Positions 1-13,869 are shown, numbered from the stretch's first letter. The stretch: DNA of 64,000 bases from Lama glama (GCA_028534125.1 CM052832.1:22136001-22200000), one strand, 5' to 3'. The notes: generated by a model not told the origin, from the letters alone. Program-made: numbers and translations.

Positions 1-710
1 ACAAACAGTGCTAATGCACACCCCTGTACGGATTTCCTTACCCTGGTATGTGAGAGTGGGCTGAGAATGAAACTGCCTGGGTTGAAGGTTATGCTTATTT
101 TTAACTTTGAGATGTTGCCAAATTGCCCTCCAAAGTCCTTGTACCAATTTACGTTCCCACCAGCTATGGATGAGAACCTGACTTTCACACCCTGCCGTCT
201 TTTGGAATTGTTACAATTTTTGCCAATATAATGGGTTTGAAATATCTCCCTGTTGTTTTGTTCTGCATTTCCCCCCAGCACTCACGACACTGTGTCTGTT
301 TTCCTACTTACTGGCCTAACTGTGGTTTTTCCTCTCTTGAGTTTCCAATACAGATCCTTCACCCACTTTCTGTTGGAGTGTTTGTCATCTTTTTATTGAC
401 TGACGGGAACCATGTAAATTCACTTTTTAAATAACAGCTTTATTGGGATATAATGTGCATAGCCATAAAATTCACCCTTCTAAGGTATACAATTCGGTGG
501 TTTTTAGTGTATGCACAGAGTTGTGCAACCAACACCACTATCTAGTTTTAGAACATTTTTGTCACCCCCAAAAGAAGCCCTGTAACCCTGAGCAGCCACT
601 CCCCAGATCTTCCTACCGCTACCCTCTAGCCCCAGACAACCACCGGTCTCCTTTCTGTCTCTAGGAATTCACTTACTTAGTACATTTCATATAAATGGAA
701 TCATATAATA
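1..710 (-). mobile_element. Old L1 fragments (3' region, two adjacent pieces)
   Basis: Antisense L1M-type motifs (TTGCCAAATTGCCCTCCAAAG...TTCCCACCAGC). A second 3' end starts at ~425 (AATAACAGCTTTATTGGGATATAAT...ATAAATGGAATCATA). Confidence 0.75.
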
Positions 711-1615
711 AAATCCATTTTGAAATAATGCAGAATTATAAATAAATAGTTATTTTGATGAGTGACAGGAAAATTCTACATTTTTGAATTATGTAAGTGG
801 TCCTTCATGCTTAGATGCTTTTTACTGGAATCTAAATCTTGAGGTTTTTCTCCCCCCTCTAACATCAGCATGATGAACAAATATATACATATGTAGTTCT
901 AATCTTGCCTTCCTGATCTTTGTCATCTTTCACCTTCAAGGATTCCCAGAGATCAAAATCTCCCCTCTGAAAAGCACTGGCCTGGAGCAAATCATTGTCT
1001 AAACACAGCTCTCTTAAGAGCAGAGCTAAAATTCAGTTTTGTTTACATTTGGCTGAACTGAAAGGGGTCATTTCAAGAAAGAGTCAAGGATTAGAAAAGG
1101 AAATGGCCTGGAATGAGTCTAAAAGATTTAATGTTTAAAAACTGGGGAACTCTAAGGGAACTTCCAGCTATTATCAACTGCATGATTGAAAAGGTATCAA
1201 GTGTTAGAGTAACTGGCCAAACCAAAGTTTCTTTCAAGGTAAACATCCCAAAGTATATATTTATGTGTATACATAAATGCAGTGTACAGTGCCGAAATGT
1301 GGACACAGACCATAACATTCCTCTAGGAAATACATTCCTTGAGAGTTGAAGGTGCGGGTGGCGGAGACAAAAAAGGATGGTCCATATTGAATGAGAAATT
1401 TATCATCACCGTTTTTCAGCCCACAAGACAAAAAAGGATGGGGTTAAACAGAAATGAAAGTAGCTGTAATCATAAGTCAAATACAATGTTCACATATTTT
1501 GTTTGTCTAATCGTTCTGAAGCAAACAATGGTGGTGGTTATTGGTTTTCTTTGCATGTTCTGATATGCAAAATGGTATTTTTAATTTCATGGATTTAAAG
1601 CTCAACATTGTGTTC

Positions 1616-1720
1616 TTTTCTTTTTCTTTTTCTTTTTTTTTAATGGAGGTCCTGGGGATGGAACCCAGGACCGCACGCATACCAAGCACGTGCTCTACCA
1701 CTGAGCTCGGCCCTCTCCCC
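1616..1720 (-). mobile_element. tRNA-Ala-derived SINE (Vic-1-like, camelid)
   Basis: Reverse complement GGGGAGAGGGCCGAGCTCAGTGGTAGAGCACGTGCTTGG...CCTGGGTTCCATCCCCAGGACCTCCATTAAAA has A and B boxes and an A-rich tail. Degenerate TSD CATTGTGTTCTTTTC / CACTGTGTTATTTTC. Confidence 0.85.
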
Positions 1721-2756
1721 TCACTGTGTTATTTTCAGTGGAAGCAGCCTTCCCATTTTTCTACTGAGTTTTAGAAATCTAAGTTATTGCAACATGTCTT
1801 TCTATGTTAATGTGGTGGAGTATTCCCCCCTAAAATGTAACCACTGATAGAGGCTTTGTAACACGTTCAGCATTTCACATATACTCACAAGGAGGGCTGC
1901 ACAAATGCTAGGTGCTGCCAGACACAGACAACGACCGTAGACATTGTTATACAGCCTGGCAGCTTCTCTCAAGGAAATGAATGTATATCAAGATGTTCTG
2001 GGCAGGCATGTGATCTAAGCATAGATGGGGTTATAAAATAAATGCATTATGTTTTCTTGACTTGAAATTTCCACCTATTTCTCACTGGTTGGCCTCTTCT
2101 GTTTATCCTGCTTTTAAAGAGAAAATTGACAAATCCTTTAGTGGTTTCCTGAAGTTAGAATGAGGAGATTCATGACATAGACTGTAATGCTTCAATAACG
2201 TCAACCAGCCGTGGGAGCACAGTCTAAACTCAAGAAGATTTTTGAAGAACTGTAGTTTATGACTTTCAGGCACCTCCATGAACTAAAGCTTTATAAGGCA
2301 GGTGTTTCCAAGTTAAGGGCCTCTTGGTCTGTGTTTAGGTCTCATTTGGGATGGACGGTGCAGACACTAATGTGCGGGGCGCTAACATGCTTCCAGCAGA
2401 TTGTTGGGCCAATAGAAACAAAAATAGGATCAACCTCTTCTTTTCTTTATTAATGTGCTTATCAAGACTCTTTTTTGAAGCGATGAGCAAGAGGACAGCT
2501 TTTTTTGTAGGCAGACGTACTTCAAAGTATTTGAATTATCACGATTCAGTCAATAATATTGAAGGTTTGCACCCCAGGGACTTACCAAAGAACCCTGCAC
2601 TTAATTGGCTGCCAAAAGCACAGCGGAAGCAATTAATACCAAGAGAGGTGATTTAAAGGACATGTTAATTATTCATTTCCCCAAATCTTTCCATTTCTGT
2701 CTCTGCATTATTCCATGACCTAAAAGCAGCCATACTTTTCTATAGGGGTGGTTAGG

Positions 2757-2910
2757 GGTGGTTTTCAAACTTTCATGTACCAGATTCCTGTGCCCTTTCT
2801 ACCCAAATTTTGGTTTAGTTGGTCTGGGATAGGGCTTAGGAATTTGTATGTCTATCAAGTAGCGCCTGGTGATTTTGACCCAGGTGGTACCACTGACCAC
2901 GTCTGAGAAA
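2757..2910. mobile_element. MER5A-like hAT/Charlie MITE remnant
   Basis: GTGGTTTTCAAACT...GGTCTGGGATAGGGCTTAGGAATTTGTAT...GGTGATTTTGA...TGAGAAA. Confidence 0.65.
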
Positions 2911-3699
2911 TTGGATGTGAACACACCAGATTTTTCCATGTGCTATGTTCTGGTGAGTAACGCTGAGGGTGGAATACAATGCAATTTCCTATGAAGAATT
3001 TTTTGCGTCTCTTGCAAAACTGTTGTTTTCATGACGCTATTCAATATTTCTTACAGATCTTTTATATAAGAAACTATGCAACAAATTTATCTGAGAATTT
3101 AGCGACAGAAAAGGTTTTCTTCTCCTGAAAAACTGACGTTCCTCCAGTTAACAACCAAAAGGATAAAAATGATCTCCTTTTGTTTTGGAAGATACATAGG
3201 AAGCTCAGGGAACAAATAAATATCTCACTGCAGGTTCTCAGCTGAATTTTTTCCTTGCTTCTCTCTCAACATGGCTTCTGAACGCTCTTTCTGGTTTAGG
3301 TTTTAGCTGTTCTGCTGCAAAGAGCGTTTTATTATTATGTTTTCTGAGAACTAGGGAGGAGACATTATGAAAATGTTGGTGAAATATTTAATATGGTTGT
3401 ACCTGTATAGCGTTACCAATAGTCATCCTGTGTCCAACTGCATCTCCTGCGATCGGCCGCAAGCCAGCGTCCAGTGTTGACCTAGCCTTCCTTTCTGACT
3501 CACAGAGCTTCTCACACTGACTTTGGTTTCTCCATTCCCCTTAGGGGTATCATCCTAAATGAGCTGGCCCCATGGTGCCTTCTGTCCACTTTTCTGTTAG
3601 CCCATCTTTGCTGACTTTTCCAACAGTGTTGCTTGACTCTCTTGTCTTCAACAATGTCCAGTATTTTGTGTTTATTCATCATGAGATGAATGCACTTAT

Positions 3700-4960
3700 T
3701 TTCCCAAAATCCTCATTACCAAAAACCAGAAATCATTTAAATGTCCTTTAGCAAACAAATGGATTAATAAACTGTGGTATATCCATACAACAGACTATTG
3801 CTCAGTATTACGCTACTTGAAAGAAGCTAGTCTCAAAAGATTACATACCATATGATTCCATTTACTTGAGAGACTGGAAAAGACAAAACTATGGGAACAG
3901 AGAACAGGTTGCCAGAGGTTGGGGTGGGGAAAAGAGTGAATTCTTTGTGGTGTTGGAATGTTCTGTATCCTATTTGTGGTGGTTACAAGAATCTATATAT
4001 GTTTTAAACACACAGAATTGTACACCCATGTGAATTCTACTGTATGTGCTTTGTTAAAAAAGACAAACTGGAGACTGGGAGAAAATATTTCCAAACATAT
4101 ATTTGTTAAAGGACTTATATCCAGTATGATAGAGAATTCTCAAAATTCAGTGAGAAAACAAACAAAGCAATTAAAGAGAGCAAGAGATTTGAATAGACAT
4201 TTCACCAAGGAATACATATGGATGGCAAGTAAGCACATGAAAAGATGCTCAGCATTGTTATTAGGAAAACCACAATGAAACATAGCTATTAAAATTATTT
4301 TTAATAATAATCATAATCATAATAATGAACAAATGGACAATGCCAAGTGCTGTTGAGGATCTGGGAGAATTGGGACTATCCTGTATTGTTGGCAAGGATG
4401 TAAAGTGGTTACAGCCACTTTGGAAAACAGTTTGGCGTTTCCTTAAAAAGTTAAGCATATTACATGTTCCAACAGTTGCACTTCTGTATGTTTATCCAAG
4501 AAAAATGAAAATATATGTTCATACAAAAACCTGTACATGACTGGTTACAGCAGCTTTATTCATATGGCCCCAAACTGGAAACAATTTAAATGCTAAATGG
4601 ACAAGCAAACTGAGGGCCACTCATATCATGGAAAATGGAACAAACTATTGATGCACGCAACAAAATGGATGAATCTCAAATACATTATGCTAAGTGAAAG
4701 GAACCAGGCTCAAAAGGTCATATACTGGATGAGTCCATTTATATGACATGCAGCAAAGGAAGAAAAATATAGGAGCAGTAAACAGATCAATGATTGCCAG
4801 GGGCAGAGAGAGGGGATGACTACACAGAGCACAGAGGATGTTTTATTAGCTCAAACTGTCCTGTGTCTTGATGTTGATGGTGGCTAATAGCCATATGCAC
4901 TTGTCAAAACTCAGAAAATGTATGTAAATTATGCTTCAATAAACTGACTTAACAAAAATC
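3700..4960 (+). mobile_element. Old L1 (L1M) ORF2 end and 3' UTR fragments
   Basis: ORF-track remnants (RDLNRHFTKEYIWMASKHMKRCS; VKWLQPLWKTVWRFLKKL) are L1 ORF2 C-terminal motifs. Ends with CTTCAATAAA. Confidence 0.85.
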
Positions 4961-5759
4961 AATATGGTCCTCAGAGTGAGAAGACTTGGCACTGTGTGAG
5001 TTTCATCCTGTCTTTTTCCTCTCGATTTTCTTTTCTTTTCAAATCAATAGAACAAGTGTTGAGTGTGTCCATGGGGCATCCACCATGCTAAGCATTTCTG
5101 GGACTACAATAGAAGTTTAAGGCTAGGTTTCCAATCTCAAGCTGTTCATAATGATGAGGACAGACATTGCAATTTTGACTCTACAAGTCCCTGAGTATTG
5201 AGATGATTGATAAATGCAACATCTTAGAAAGGGCAGTCAGAAAGCTTTGTGTGGTATAGATTATGATGGGAGGAACTGCAGGAGGAGACCAGTTAAGAAA
5301 TATTGGAACAAACCTAGCAGTGAGGTAGATAAGAACGCATATGGAGGGTGGTGGCAGTTTTGGATACCCGAGAGGCGGATGAAACATGTACCGAGGGCCA
5401 ACGGAGAGGCACCTAAAATGAGACATCTTCAGCTTTCATAAAGTTTTATGGACCTTTGCAACTTATAAAAAAGGGCACCAGACATTTTTTGGTCTTAGGG
5501 CCAGATCTTCATCTGTGTTCGTGTCCTGACAACAGAGATAGAAAGGAAAGAATAAATCCAAAGACTCTAAAAAGAAAAGAAAAAATTACTAGAACGTAAG
5601 GGATGAAGTAAAAACAGGAAATTAAAAAAATGGCTTCAAAGTTATGATCTTGGAAGAACTGAGCATGAATAAAGAGGAAAAATTAGATGGAAGGCTTGAA
5701 AGGAGGAAGACGCCGTATCTGGTTTTGACTGTCCTGTAGTTTGAAGGGAGACTGGGTCA

Positions 5760-6230
5760 TCCAGTCTAGAGGTGTACTCCCCACTCCAGCTGCCCTGGGC
5801 TCCTTTGCTGTTTCTGGCAGAAGCCAGGCACACCTCTGCTGTGGAGCCTTTGAATTGGTTTTTCCAGTCCCCTGAAATGCGCTCCCCCCGCCCCATAGCT
5901 ACATGGCATCTCCCACATCCAGGTCTTTACTCAAGTCTCATCATCTGAATGCCGTCTACCTGACCACGCTATTTAAAACCGTACTGGCCCTCTCAAGGCT
6001 TTATACTTTGTTCTACTCCCTTTCTTTTCTTGGCACTTATTATCTTCTTGCCTTCTAGCATACTTGACTTACTTATAATGCCTGTTGTTTACTCTCTGCC
6101 TTCCCTGCTAGAATGCAAACTCCCCAGGGCAGGGATCATTCACAATTTTCTTCATGAATACGTCCCAAGCACCCAGCGTGGTAGCTGGAACATCCTAGGT
6201 GATCAAATAAGTATTTGTGAATAAATAAAT
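5760..6230 (+). mobile_element. L2 3' end remnant
   Basis: CTAGAATGCAAACTCCCCAGGGCAGGGATC...CAAATAAGTATTTGTGAATAAATAAAT is a typical L2 terminus. Confidence 0.7.
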
Positions 6231-6234
6231 TATA

Positions 6235-6730
6235 ATCATTAACATTTATTGAACACATTCTTGGACTAGGCACTTTACTATATGATTTATATTATTTAAT
6301 CCCATTGAGTCCTCACCATTGCTCTGTGCAATATTCTTTTTTATTGAGGTATACAGTTGATGCATTATGTTACATGTTTTAGGTGTGAAACGTAGTGATT
6401 CACAATTTTTAAAACTTTTTTTATCGACATATAGTTGATTTAGAATGGTGATTCACAGTTTTTAAAGGTTATATTCTATTTATAGTTCTTATAAAATGTT
6501 GGCTCTATCTCCTGTATTGTACAGAATATCCTTGTAGCTTATTTAATTTATACATAGTAGTTTGTACCTCTTAATCCTCTACCCCGATCTGTGCTCTATT
6601 ATTATTCCCGTTTTACAGATAAGGAAACAGAGGCTCAGGCACATTGAAAGACTAACCCAAGTTTGCATACACCTAGTAAGAAGTGGAGACAGCATTCAGA
6701 CACAGAACTGTCTGCCGCCAGAGTCTGTTC
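6235..6730 (-). mobile_element. MIR interrupted by an L1 3' end (6336-6589), which itself holds a ~37-bp L1 tail
   Basis: MIR core CCCGTTTTACAGATAAGGAAACAGAGGCTCAG at ~6607. L1 tail TTTATTGAGGTATACAGTTGA. Inner duplication GTGATTCACA(A/G)TTTTT. Confidence 0.75.
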
Positions 6731-8605
6731 TGGCCCACAGGACACGCACCACCTCTTGGCTGCTGGGTGCCTGGAAACCTAACAGATTCTTGGCTGACAG
6801 ATTAGATCTATAGGATGGCTTTATTAGTGGAAGCCACTGGAAGGAAAGAGTTATCCGGGAGAAACCCTGTAACAACAAACCGTGTAACAACCCTGTAGGA
6901 GGGACGGCAAGGCCGCGCCAGCTGCTAAGAGGAAGATAAAACGGGAATTTGAACTCAAGGTTTTTACGCTTCCATAGTTTTATAAGAAACTGAAATTCAC
7001 GTCTTCCCTTCCTTCCTTTCTAAAAGGGACATGCAGGCTGAATCCCTTCTATTCTCCCATTTTTAGAAAAATCTACCTAAAATATGAGTCACTTTCTGCT
7101 GTGCCTACTGGAATTGTTCTATGTGAGCAATTCATTTGGTTTCTGTTTTACCATACAGACAGGAAAATGTGTTTTCATTCTTTATATAGTGTCTCTAAGG
7201 CTTCATTACAGAAATGGGATTGGCAACACAAAAATAGTATTGCGGGGAAAAAAAAGTCTCAGTTTGGATCGTTGTTTTACCAATTCTAGCAGCAGCGCCA
7301 GATGCTAAAAATATCCTCAGCCCTTTCAGGCAGGGATTTACTCTTCCGGTGCACATTTAGGGCAGGATGACCTTTCACTCCCTTTTGATGGGCGCCCTCT
7401 TGTGTTGGATTGTGAGCATGCACGTCTCCATCTTGCTCCCAGAGTCTTCGAGACCCAGGATGAGAGCAGTGTTTTGTCTTGAGCTTTCTCTGCCATCCCT
7501 GGTGAAAAGAAGGACATCTCGCATGACTTCACTTCTTGAGTAGTCTCTGGCGTTCTTGAAACACAAGGACAAATATGTTGTTTTTATTTCTAGACTTTAT
7601 TCTTCTCTGTATCTTTTCTTGCCATCTTGCTGTTGTTGTGACTGGTGTTATTTATTATTTTCTCTTTCTATTTTATGGAGGAAAATTAATGAATGAAAGT
7701 AGAAAAAAATTTTAAAATAGGTTTCAAAAGGCTTGACATTTTAAACTATGAATTCATTCCTTACCTAAACAACTCTACTTTTTTTTTAATTAAAAGAATA
7801 TTGTGAGTTTAAGGCTGAGAAATCTCAGAACATCGGGATTGTGAGTTATCTTATTTGCAAGCTGTCTTAAGGTCAGGGAGAAAATGTAGGATTCGGGAGA
7901 TGGAGGAGGAGGAGGATTGTATAAGCCCTTAGAACATGTCTCCTGTGCCTGGACTCTTGATAATATGCCTCCTGGAAAGTGATAGTAGATATTATGTATA
8001 GATCGCTAGTCTCAATTTTATTTCTCCTACGTAATGGTTGCCATTTTGATTTCAGTAACTCTAAGGGATAATGTCTTATGCCTATTTCAGGAGCCATTGA
8101 AAAGATCTTGGCTCTTTGGAGTCAAACAGAACTAAATTTAAATCCAAACTCTTGATATTTAGCAGTAGGACTTTGGACAAATGCCTTAATCTCCTCTGTT
8201 GCAACAAGGAGACACCAGCCCCTACTTCGTAGGGTCCTGTAGATCAAAGGAAGTCATGAGTATAAAGGACCTTTCACTTGCGAGGGAGATACCCATTCAT
8301 CCCTGACTTATTGTAAAGTGGATGGGACGACAAGACTCACACTGAAATACTGAACAGACTGGTTGTATAATAAATCAAATTATTTTGTGTGTACACCAAA
8401 TTTTCCTATTGTGCTATCAGTTTTTCTTTATGTTTGGAGACTATCTCAATGAGAGCCTATAAGTTTAGAATTGCTATACCTTGCTGGTGAATGAAGCTTT
8501 TAGAAGTATTATTTGGTAACCCTGAATAGGTTGTTTGCCTTAGAACATATTTTGTTTCAGATTGTCACAGGTACACCAGTTGTTTTCGCTAGTATTTGCC
8601 TTCTT

Positions 8606-8925
8606 CAAGTCTGCAGTTCTATATCTGCAGTTCTGAACACCAAAAGGCCCTGAAAAAAAAAGGATTTTTTTCATAATTCATTTAGCAGGAAAACCTGATC
8701 TATGCTGATGTGAAGTTGTTTAGTCTTTATTCTACTTAGTGTGAATGTTAGTGCATTTCTTTCAGAAATATTACTGTGTTTGATGATGAGGTGCTGCATA
8801 AAACCCCACTGGGGGTGTTCTGTCATATATAACATACGTCTGTATTAATTTCCTAAAACAAAGTTAAAACTAATCTGAATTTGGAAACATTTTGTTCCAG
8901 GGTTTGAGTTCAGGACTTGTGCCCT
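8606..8925 (-). mobile_element. MER46C-like TcMar-Tigger DNA transposon remnant
   Basis: AGTCTTTATTCTACTTAGTGTGAATGTT...GTGTTTGATGATGAGGTGCTGC...ACCCCACTGGGGGTGTT resembles the recalled MER46C reverse complement. Confidence 0.65.
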
Positions 8926-8944
8926 TTTTGAGATAGACAAAATA

Positions 8945-9105
8945 TTTATGATATATAAAACATATAAAAACTATAACGTGTATAATATATGTAATATACA
9001 TTATATATTACACACATATAAAATATGTATAATATATTTATAAAATTATAAAAATATATAGTGTATGTTATATATGTATTACACATATAAAATATATATT
9101 ACGTA
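8945..9105. repeat. AT-rich low-complexity, degenerate (TA)n
   Basis: Direct inspection. Contains the repeated unit TATTACAC(AC)ATATAAAATAT. Confidence 0.8.
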
Positions 9106-10046
9106 CATACTTTTCTTGTGTTCTTACATTTAGATGTATGTCTTTAAGCAGCCTTTAGCTAGATTTGTCTTTAATCCAACCGTCTGTCTTTTAAATGGAA
9201 GGCTTGATCTATTTTTATCTATTTCTGATGTATTTCGATCTTTTTCCTGCCCTCTTGCTTTTTTGTTCTCTGATTGCCCCACATTATCTGAACTTTCCTC
9301 CTTTGCAGCATTGAGCTTCCTTTTCTCTTTTTTCCCCCAAATTTTTGCTCAATTAGCTAGGAAGTTATGCCCTTTTTATTCTTTTAATGGTTCTTTTTGA
9401 AATATTTTCATGCATATTTACTTTACAAAGTCCATAATTTATCAATATCTTTAGCCCGTGCATCAGAAATTCCAAGGCATTTTGCTGCTCTGATTTGGAT
9501 CAGACTCTCCCAGCTCACATGCGCTTGTCCACTATTTTTTATTTTAATCTCCTTTATTTGTTTTTAACCATAAAAATTAGACATCATTATTTAATTAAAA
9601 TGTTTATTTAGATTTATGCCCCTAGTTACCAATTTGTTTGCTCATCAACCATTTATCCAACACATAATTTTTAAACACCTACTAAAAATCTGGGGACTCA
9701 ACCAGTAAACAAAAGGAAGTCTCTGACCCTGAGGGACTTAACTTCTAGCTAATAGTAACTGTTCCTTCCTATGCCTCATTTTTTTTCCTCTGGGATCATT
9801 TTTCTTCTTCTTCCTGTACATTTTTTAGAACTTCCCTTGCTGGGAGCTTGTTGAATTCTTTTTGCTTTTTTAGATAGCGCTTTTTTTTTGAGATATAATT
9901 CATATACCATACAATTTTCTCATTTAAAGTATATAATCAAATGGTTTTCAGTATATTCACAGGTATGTGCAGTCCTCACTGGAGTCAATTTTAGGACATT
10001 TTCATAACTTCAAAAAGAAACCCTGTACCTGTTAGCAGTCACTTCC

Positions 10047-10486
10047 TATAGTGGGTTGAATAGTGTCTCCTTAAAATTCATATCAACCTGGAACCTTGAA
10101 ATGTCGCCATATTAGGAAATAAGGTCTTTGCATATGTAATTAGTTAAGATGGTGTCACCCTGAATTAGCACGGGCCCTAAATTCAGTGACCAGTGTTCTT
10201 AAGGAAGGGGTGGGGGCACACAGAGATGCACACAGGGAAGACAGCCATGTGAAAGGGAGGCCGAGACGAGAGGGATGCTGCTGCAAGCCAAGGACTGCTG
10301 GAGCCACCAGCAGCTCAGAAGAGGCAAGGGGGCGCTCTTCCCTAGAGCCTTCAGAGGGAGTGTGGGCCCACCAACGCTTAAGATTCCTGACTTCTCGCCT
10401 CCAGTACTGTGATAGAATACATATCTGTGGTTTTAAGCCATCCAGTTTGTGGTAATTTGTTACGGCAGCCCTAGGAATCTAATACA
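10047..10486 (+). mobile_element. MaLR solo LTR (MLT1B/C-like)
   Basis: GTGGGTTGAATAGTGTC...GGTAATTTGTTACGGCAGCCCTAGGAATCTAATACA with a perfect 5-bp TSD CTTCC at 10042-10046 and 10487-10491. Confidence 0.9.
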
Positions 10487-12297
10487 CTTCCCATCCCCCC
10501 TTCCCCCAGCTCTCGGCAACCATGAACCTTTCCCTGTGTGTATGAATTTGCCTATTTGGAACATTTCATTTAAGTAGAATCATAAAATGTGTGCTATTTT
10601 ATATCTGCCTTCTTTAACCCAGTGTGTGTTTTCAAGGGTCATCTATGCTGTAAATGGCCAAATAATATTCCATTGTAAGGGTATATGTTTTGTTTATGCA
10701 TTCATCAGTCGCTTAACGTTTGGGTTGTTTCCCACCTTTTGGCTGTTATGAATAATACTGCTATAAACATTTGCGTACAAGTGTTTGTGTGGACAGACGT
10801 TTTCATTTCTCTTGGGCATAGAGCTAGGCGTGGAACTGCTGGGTCATATGGAATGTTGTTATGTCTAGTGGTTTCAGCACTGTTTGTCAAAAAGATTATC
10901 CTCTCTCCATTGCATTGCTTTTGCTTTTCTCCATTTAATTATTTTTGTAACTCTTTTTTGCTTTGTTTTTTTTTTTAGTGGTTCTTCTAGAGCTTATCAT
11001 TCACATTGTATCAGAATCAGCTTCAGATTCATATAAACTCATTCCAGTGAGATATAGAAACATTACTCCTATTTAGTTCTATCCTCTTTTCCTTCTTTTT
11101 TGTGATATTATTGTTATACATATCACATCTATAAACATTACAAACACAACAATGCATTGTCAGAATGATTACTTAATATAATTTTATGTCTTTTAAGGAA
11201 ACTGAGAGAAGAAAAGAGGGCAAGTATATATCAATAACTTTGGTTCTATTAAGCTTGTCATATGCAGTAATCAAATAAGCATATTATCATTTCTGGTTCT
11301 CTTTATTTTTTCTTGTGGAGTTGCCATCAGGAATTATTTCCTTAGCCCATTACAGCTTTACTCCAGTACATCTCTTTTGTGCTCTTTTTGGTAAATATTT
11401 TACGTTTATGTATGTCACAGACATGACAATACATTATATACCTATTGCTTTATAAAAAAATTAAAAGAAAAAGAAGAAAAGTATGCATTTATACAAAAAT
11501 ATTAATTTTGTAATTATATGATTAGCTTTCTCATTTCTTCTTTGTTTTTCATGTGGTTTCAAATTATCATCTGGAATCACTTCCTTTGAGCCTGAAGAAC
11601 TTCCTTTAGTATTTCTTTGTTTATCTGGGAATGTCTTTATTTAGCTCTCATTTTTGAAAGATAGCTTTGATAGGATTCTTGATTAGAGGGTATTTTTTCC
11701 TTTGGGATGTTGAATATGATGTGCCACTGTCTTCTGGCCTCCATTGTTTCTGCTCAGAAGTCAGTTGTTAATCATATTGGAGTTCTCTTGCAATTGATGG
11801 ATAATTTTTCTCTTGCTGATCTCTAGACTTTCTCCTTGTTATTTGCTTTTCAGCAGTTTTACTATAATGTGTCTGTGAATCTCTTTGCATTTATTTTATT
11901 TGGAGTTCATCGAGCTTCCTAGATGTGGAGATTATTATTTCTTGATAAATTTGGGAAGTCATTATTTTTTCTAGTCCCTTCTCTTCCTCTCCTGGTACTT
12001 TTGGTACATATACGTTGTGTACTTAATGGTGTTCCACGTTTACTTGCTGCTTTCTTCATTTTTATTGATTATCTTTTTTTCCCTCTGTTCTTAGGATTGC
12101 TTAATCTGTATCAGTTTTTCTTCAAGTTCACAAATTCCTCTTTCTGCCTGTTCAAATGTCTGCTGAGCTCTTCAGGTGAATTTTTCATTTCAGTTATTGC
12201 ACTTTTCAACTGCAGAATTTCCTTGTTTCTTTTTAAAATTTCTATCTTTATTGATATTCTCTAGTTGACATGACATTGTCATCAATCTTCACTTCTC

Positions 12298-12393
12298 TTT
12301 ATTTTTTTATTTAGTGGAGATAGTGGGGACTGAACCCAAGACGTTGTGCATGCTAAGCCTGTGCTCTACCACTGAGCTATTTCCCTCCTCCCC
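12298..12393 (-). mobile_element. tRNA-derived SINE (Vic-1-like) inserted in an old L1
   Basis: Same SINE body (GAACCCAAGAC...GCTCTACCACTGAGCTAT). Flanks share TCTTCACT, a degenerate TSD. Confidence 0.85.
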
Positions 12394-13869
12394 AGTCTTC
12401 ACTCCTTTAATCATGGTTTCCTTTGGTTCTTTGAATACTTTTATAATAGCTATATTGAAGGCTTTCTGTGTAATCTTACCGCTGGTTTCTCTTACAGGCA
12501 GCTTTTGTTGCCTGCTTTTATACAGAGTATGAGTCAGACTTTCCTGTTTCTTTGCATGTTTTGTAATTTCTTGTTGGAACTGGATTTTTTACATAATATG
12601 TTGTATCAGCTCTAGGTACTAACCCCCCCAGTCCGTGGCTCATTACTGTTATTTGCTTGTTTATTTATTTACTTAGTGATTGACTGGATTACTTACGTGT
12701 AGTTATCACCCTTCCTCCCAGTGTTAAGCTTCTGATGTTGTCCTTCAGGGTGCCCAGCCTTGGATATGCCCGCAGTCACGCTGGGATGACAGTTGTTTTG
12801 ACCCTTTGACTGTCTCTTTCCCTGGCCACACCTAGCTGTTAAGTTCCGTTAACTGCTGGCTGACTGCTCTGTTGTTTTCCGCAGTGCCCTGGGGCATAGA
12901 TAGCTCCACAGACTAAACAAATTAAATGTGGTTTCCTTGAAAGGATAACTCCCTTTCATGGACTTTCTAGTCAGTGTTTGAGATTTATCTGAACCCAGGC
13001 TGTCTCCTCCCAACTGTCTCTTTCTTCAGTTCTCTCAGGTACGAGTCTGCAGTTTAGCCTGTAAGTCAAATGCATCTACCACTCTTCCCAGTTGTGTTAA
13101 CACAACTTCCACTGTTTTTGAGAGTGCCCATAGGCCTGAACTTCTCCACACTCTGTTGCAAATAAAATCAGTACCTTTGGGAAGAGATTGGGAACTATCT
13201 GTTTCATAGCCTGCTTTTCTAGAAATCTCTGAGTATGACTCTGGAGTAAGGGGGAAGAGGCGATGACATGCTTCTTTCTGAGTGACACCCCACTTTAAGA
13301 GCTAAGTTCTTAGTGGTCAGGGAGAGACAGTAGCCTCAAATCTTTTTAGCTTGACCTGGTATAGAACTACTACCTAATGAGCTGGGCCAAGGACAATCAG
13401 CGTCCCCATATTTTCAGCAGTGTCACACCCAAGGTGGAGTCTCCGTTCTACAAATGGGGTTTGGGTAGAAGAAGGGAGCTCCCATCTCTCCACACGTATC
13501 TGGAACTTTGCCTCTGTTACAGGAAGCTAGAGGCAGCGTAAGAAGTGCTAACGTCCTGCTTCCCCTGGGAAGCTAGCCCTCTGACTGAGAGCGAGCCCTC
13601 TGTTCTTGGCTGAACCAGTCTGGAGTGGAGTTTCCATCTTTCCGAGTTGGGGGGTGGAAGGGAGGCTCTATTCAAATGCCATTGACTCTTATTGTTCTTA
13701 CGGAATTTTAGTAGATTTTCTTGAGAAGATGTTTCTTTACTTGCTACATGTCCTTGGGTCTATCTCCAGAGACTTTAAACAATTGTGTTTTTAAAAGAAG
13801 TAATAATTTTCACCAGTTTTGCTGGGGAGTGGGTCTACAAAGCCCTTTATATCCCTGTCAATGAACATT

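Larger units (their letters stand above)
9875..13860 (-). mobile_element. Old L1 with 3' end, short ORF2 piece, ORF1 region and 5' UTR; most of ORF2 absent
   Basis: T-tract followed by TTGAGATATAATTCATATACCATACAA (L1MB-type 3' end), an ORF2 antisense piece at 10853-10925, and ORF1 antisense motifs at 11600-12290 (CCACTGTCTTCTGGCCTCCATTGTTTCTG). Confidence 0.65.

Noticed and set aside
1640..1720. tRNA-Ala genes at the SINE positions
   Set aside because: A-rich tails, TSDs and divergence between copies identify them as SINEs.
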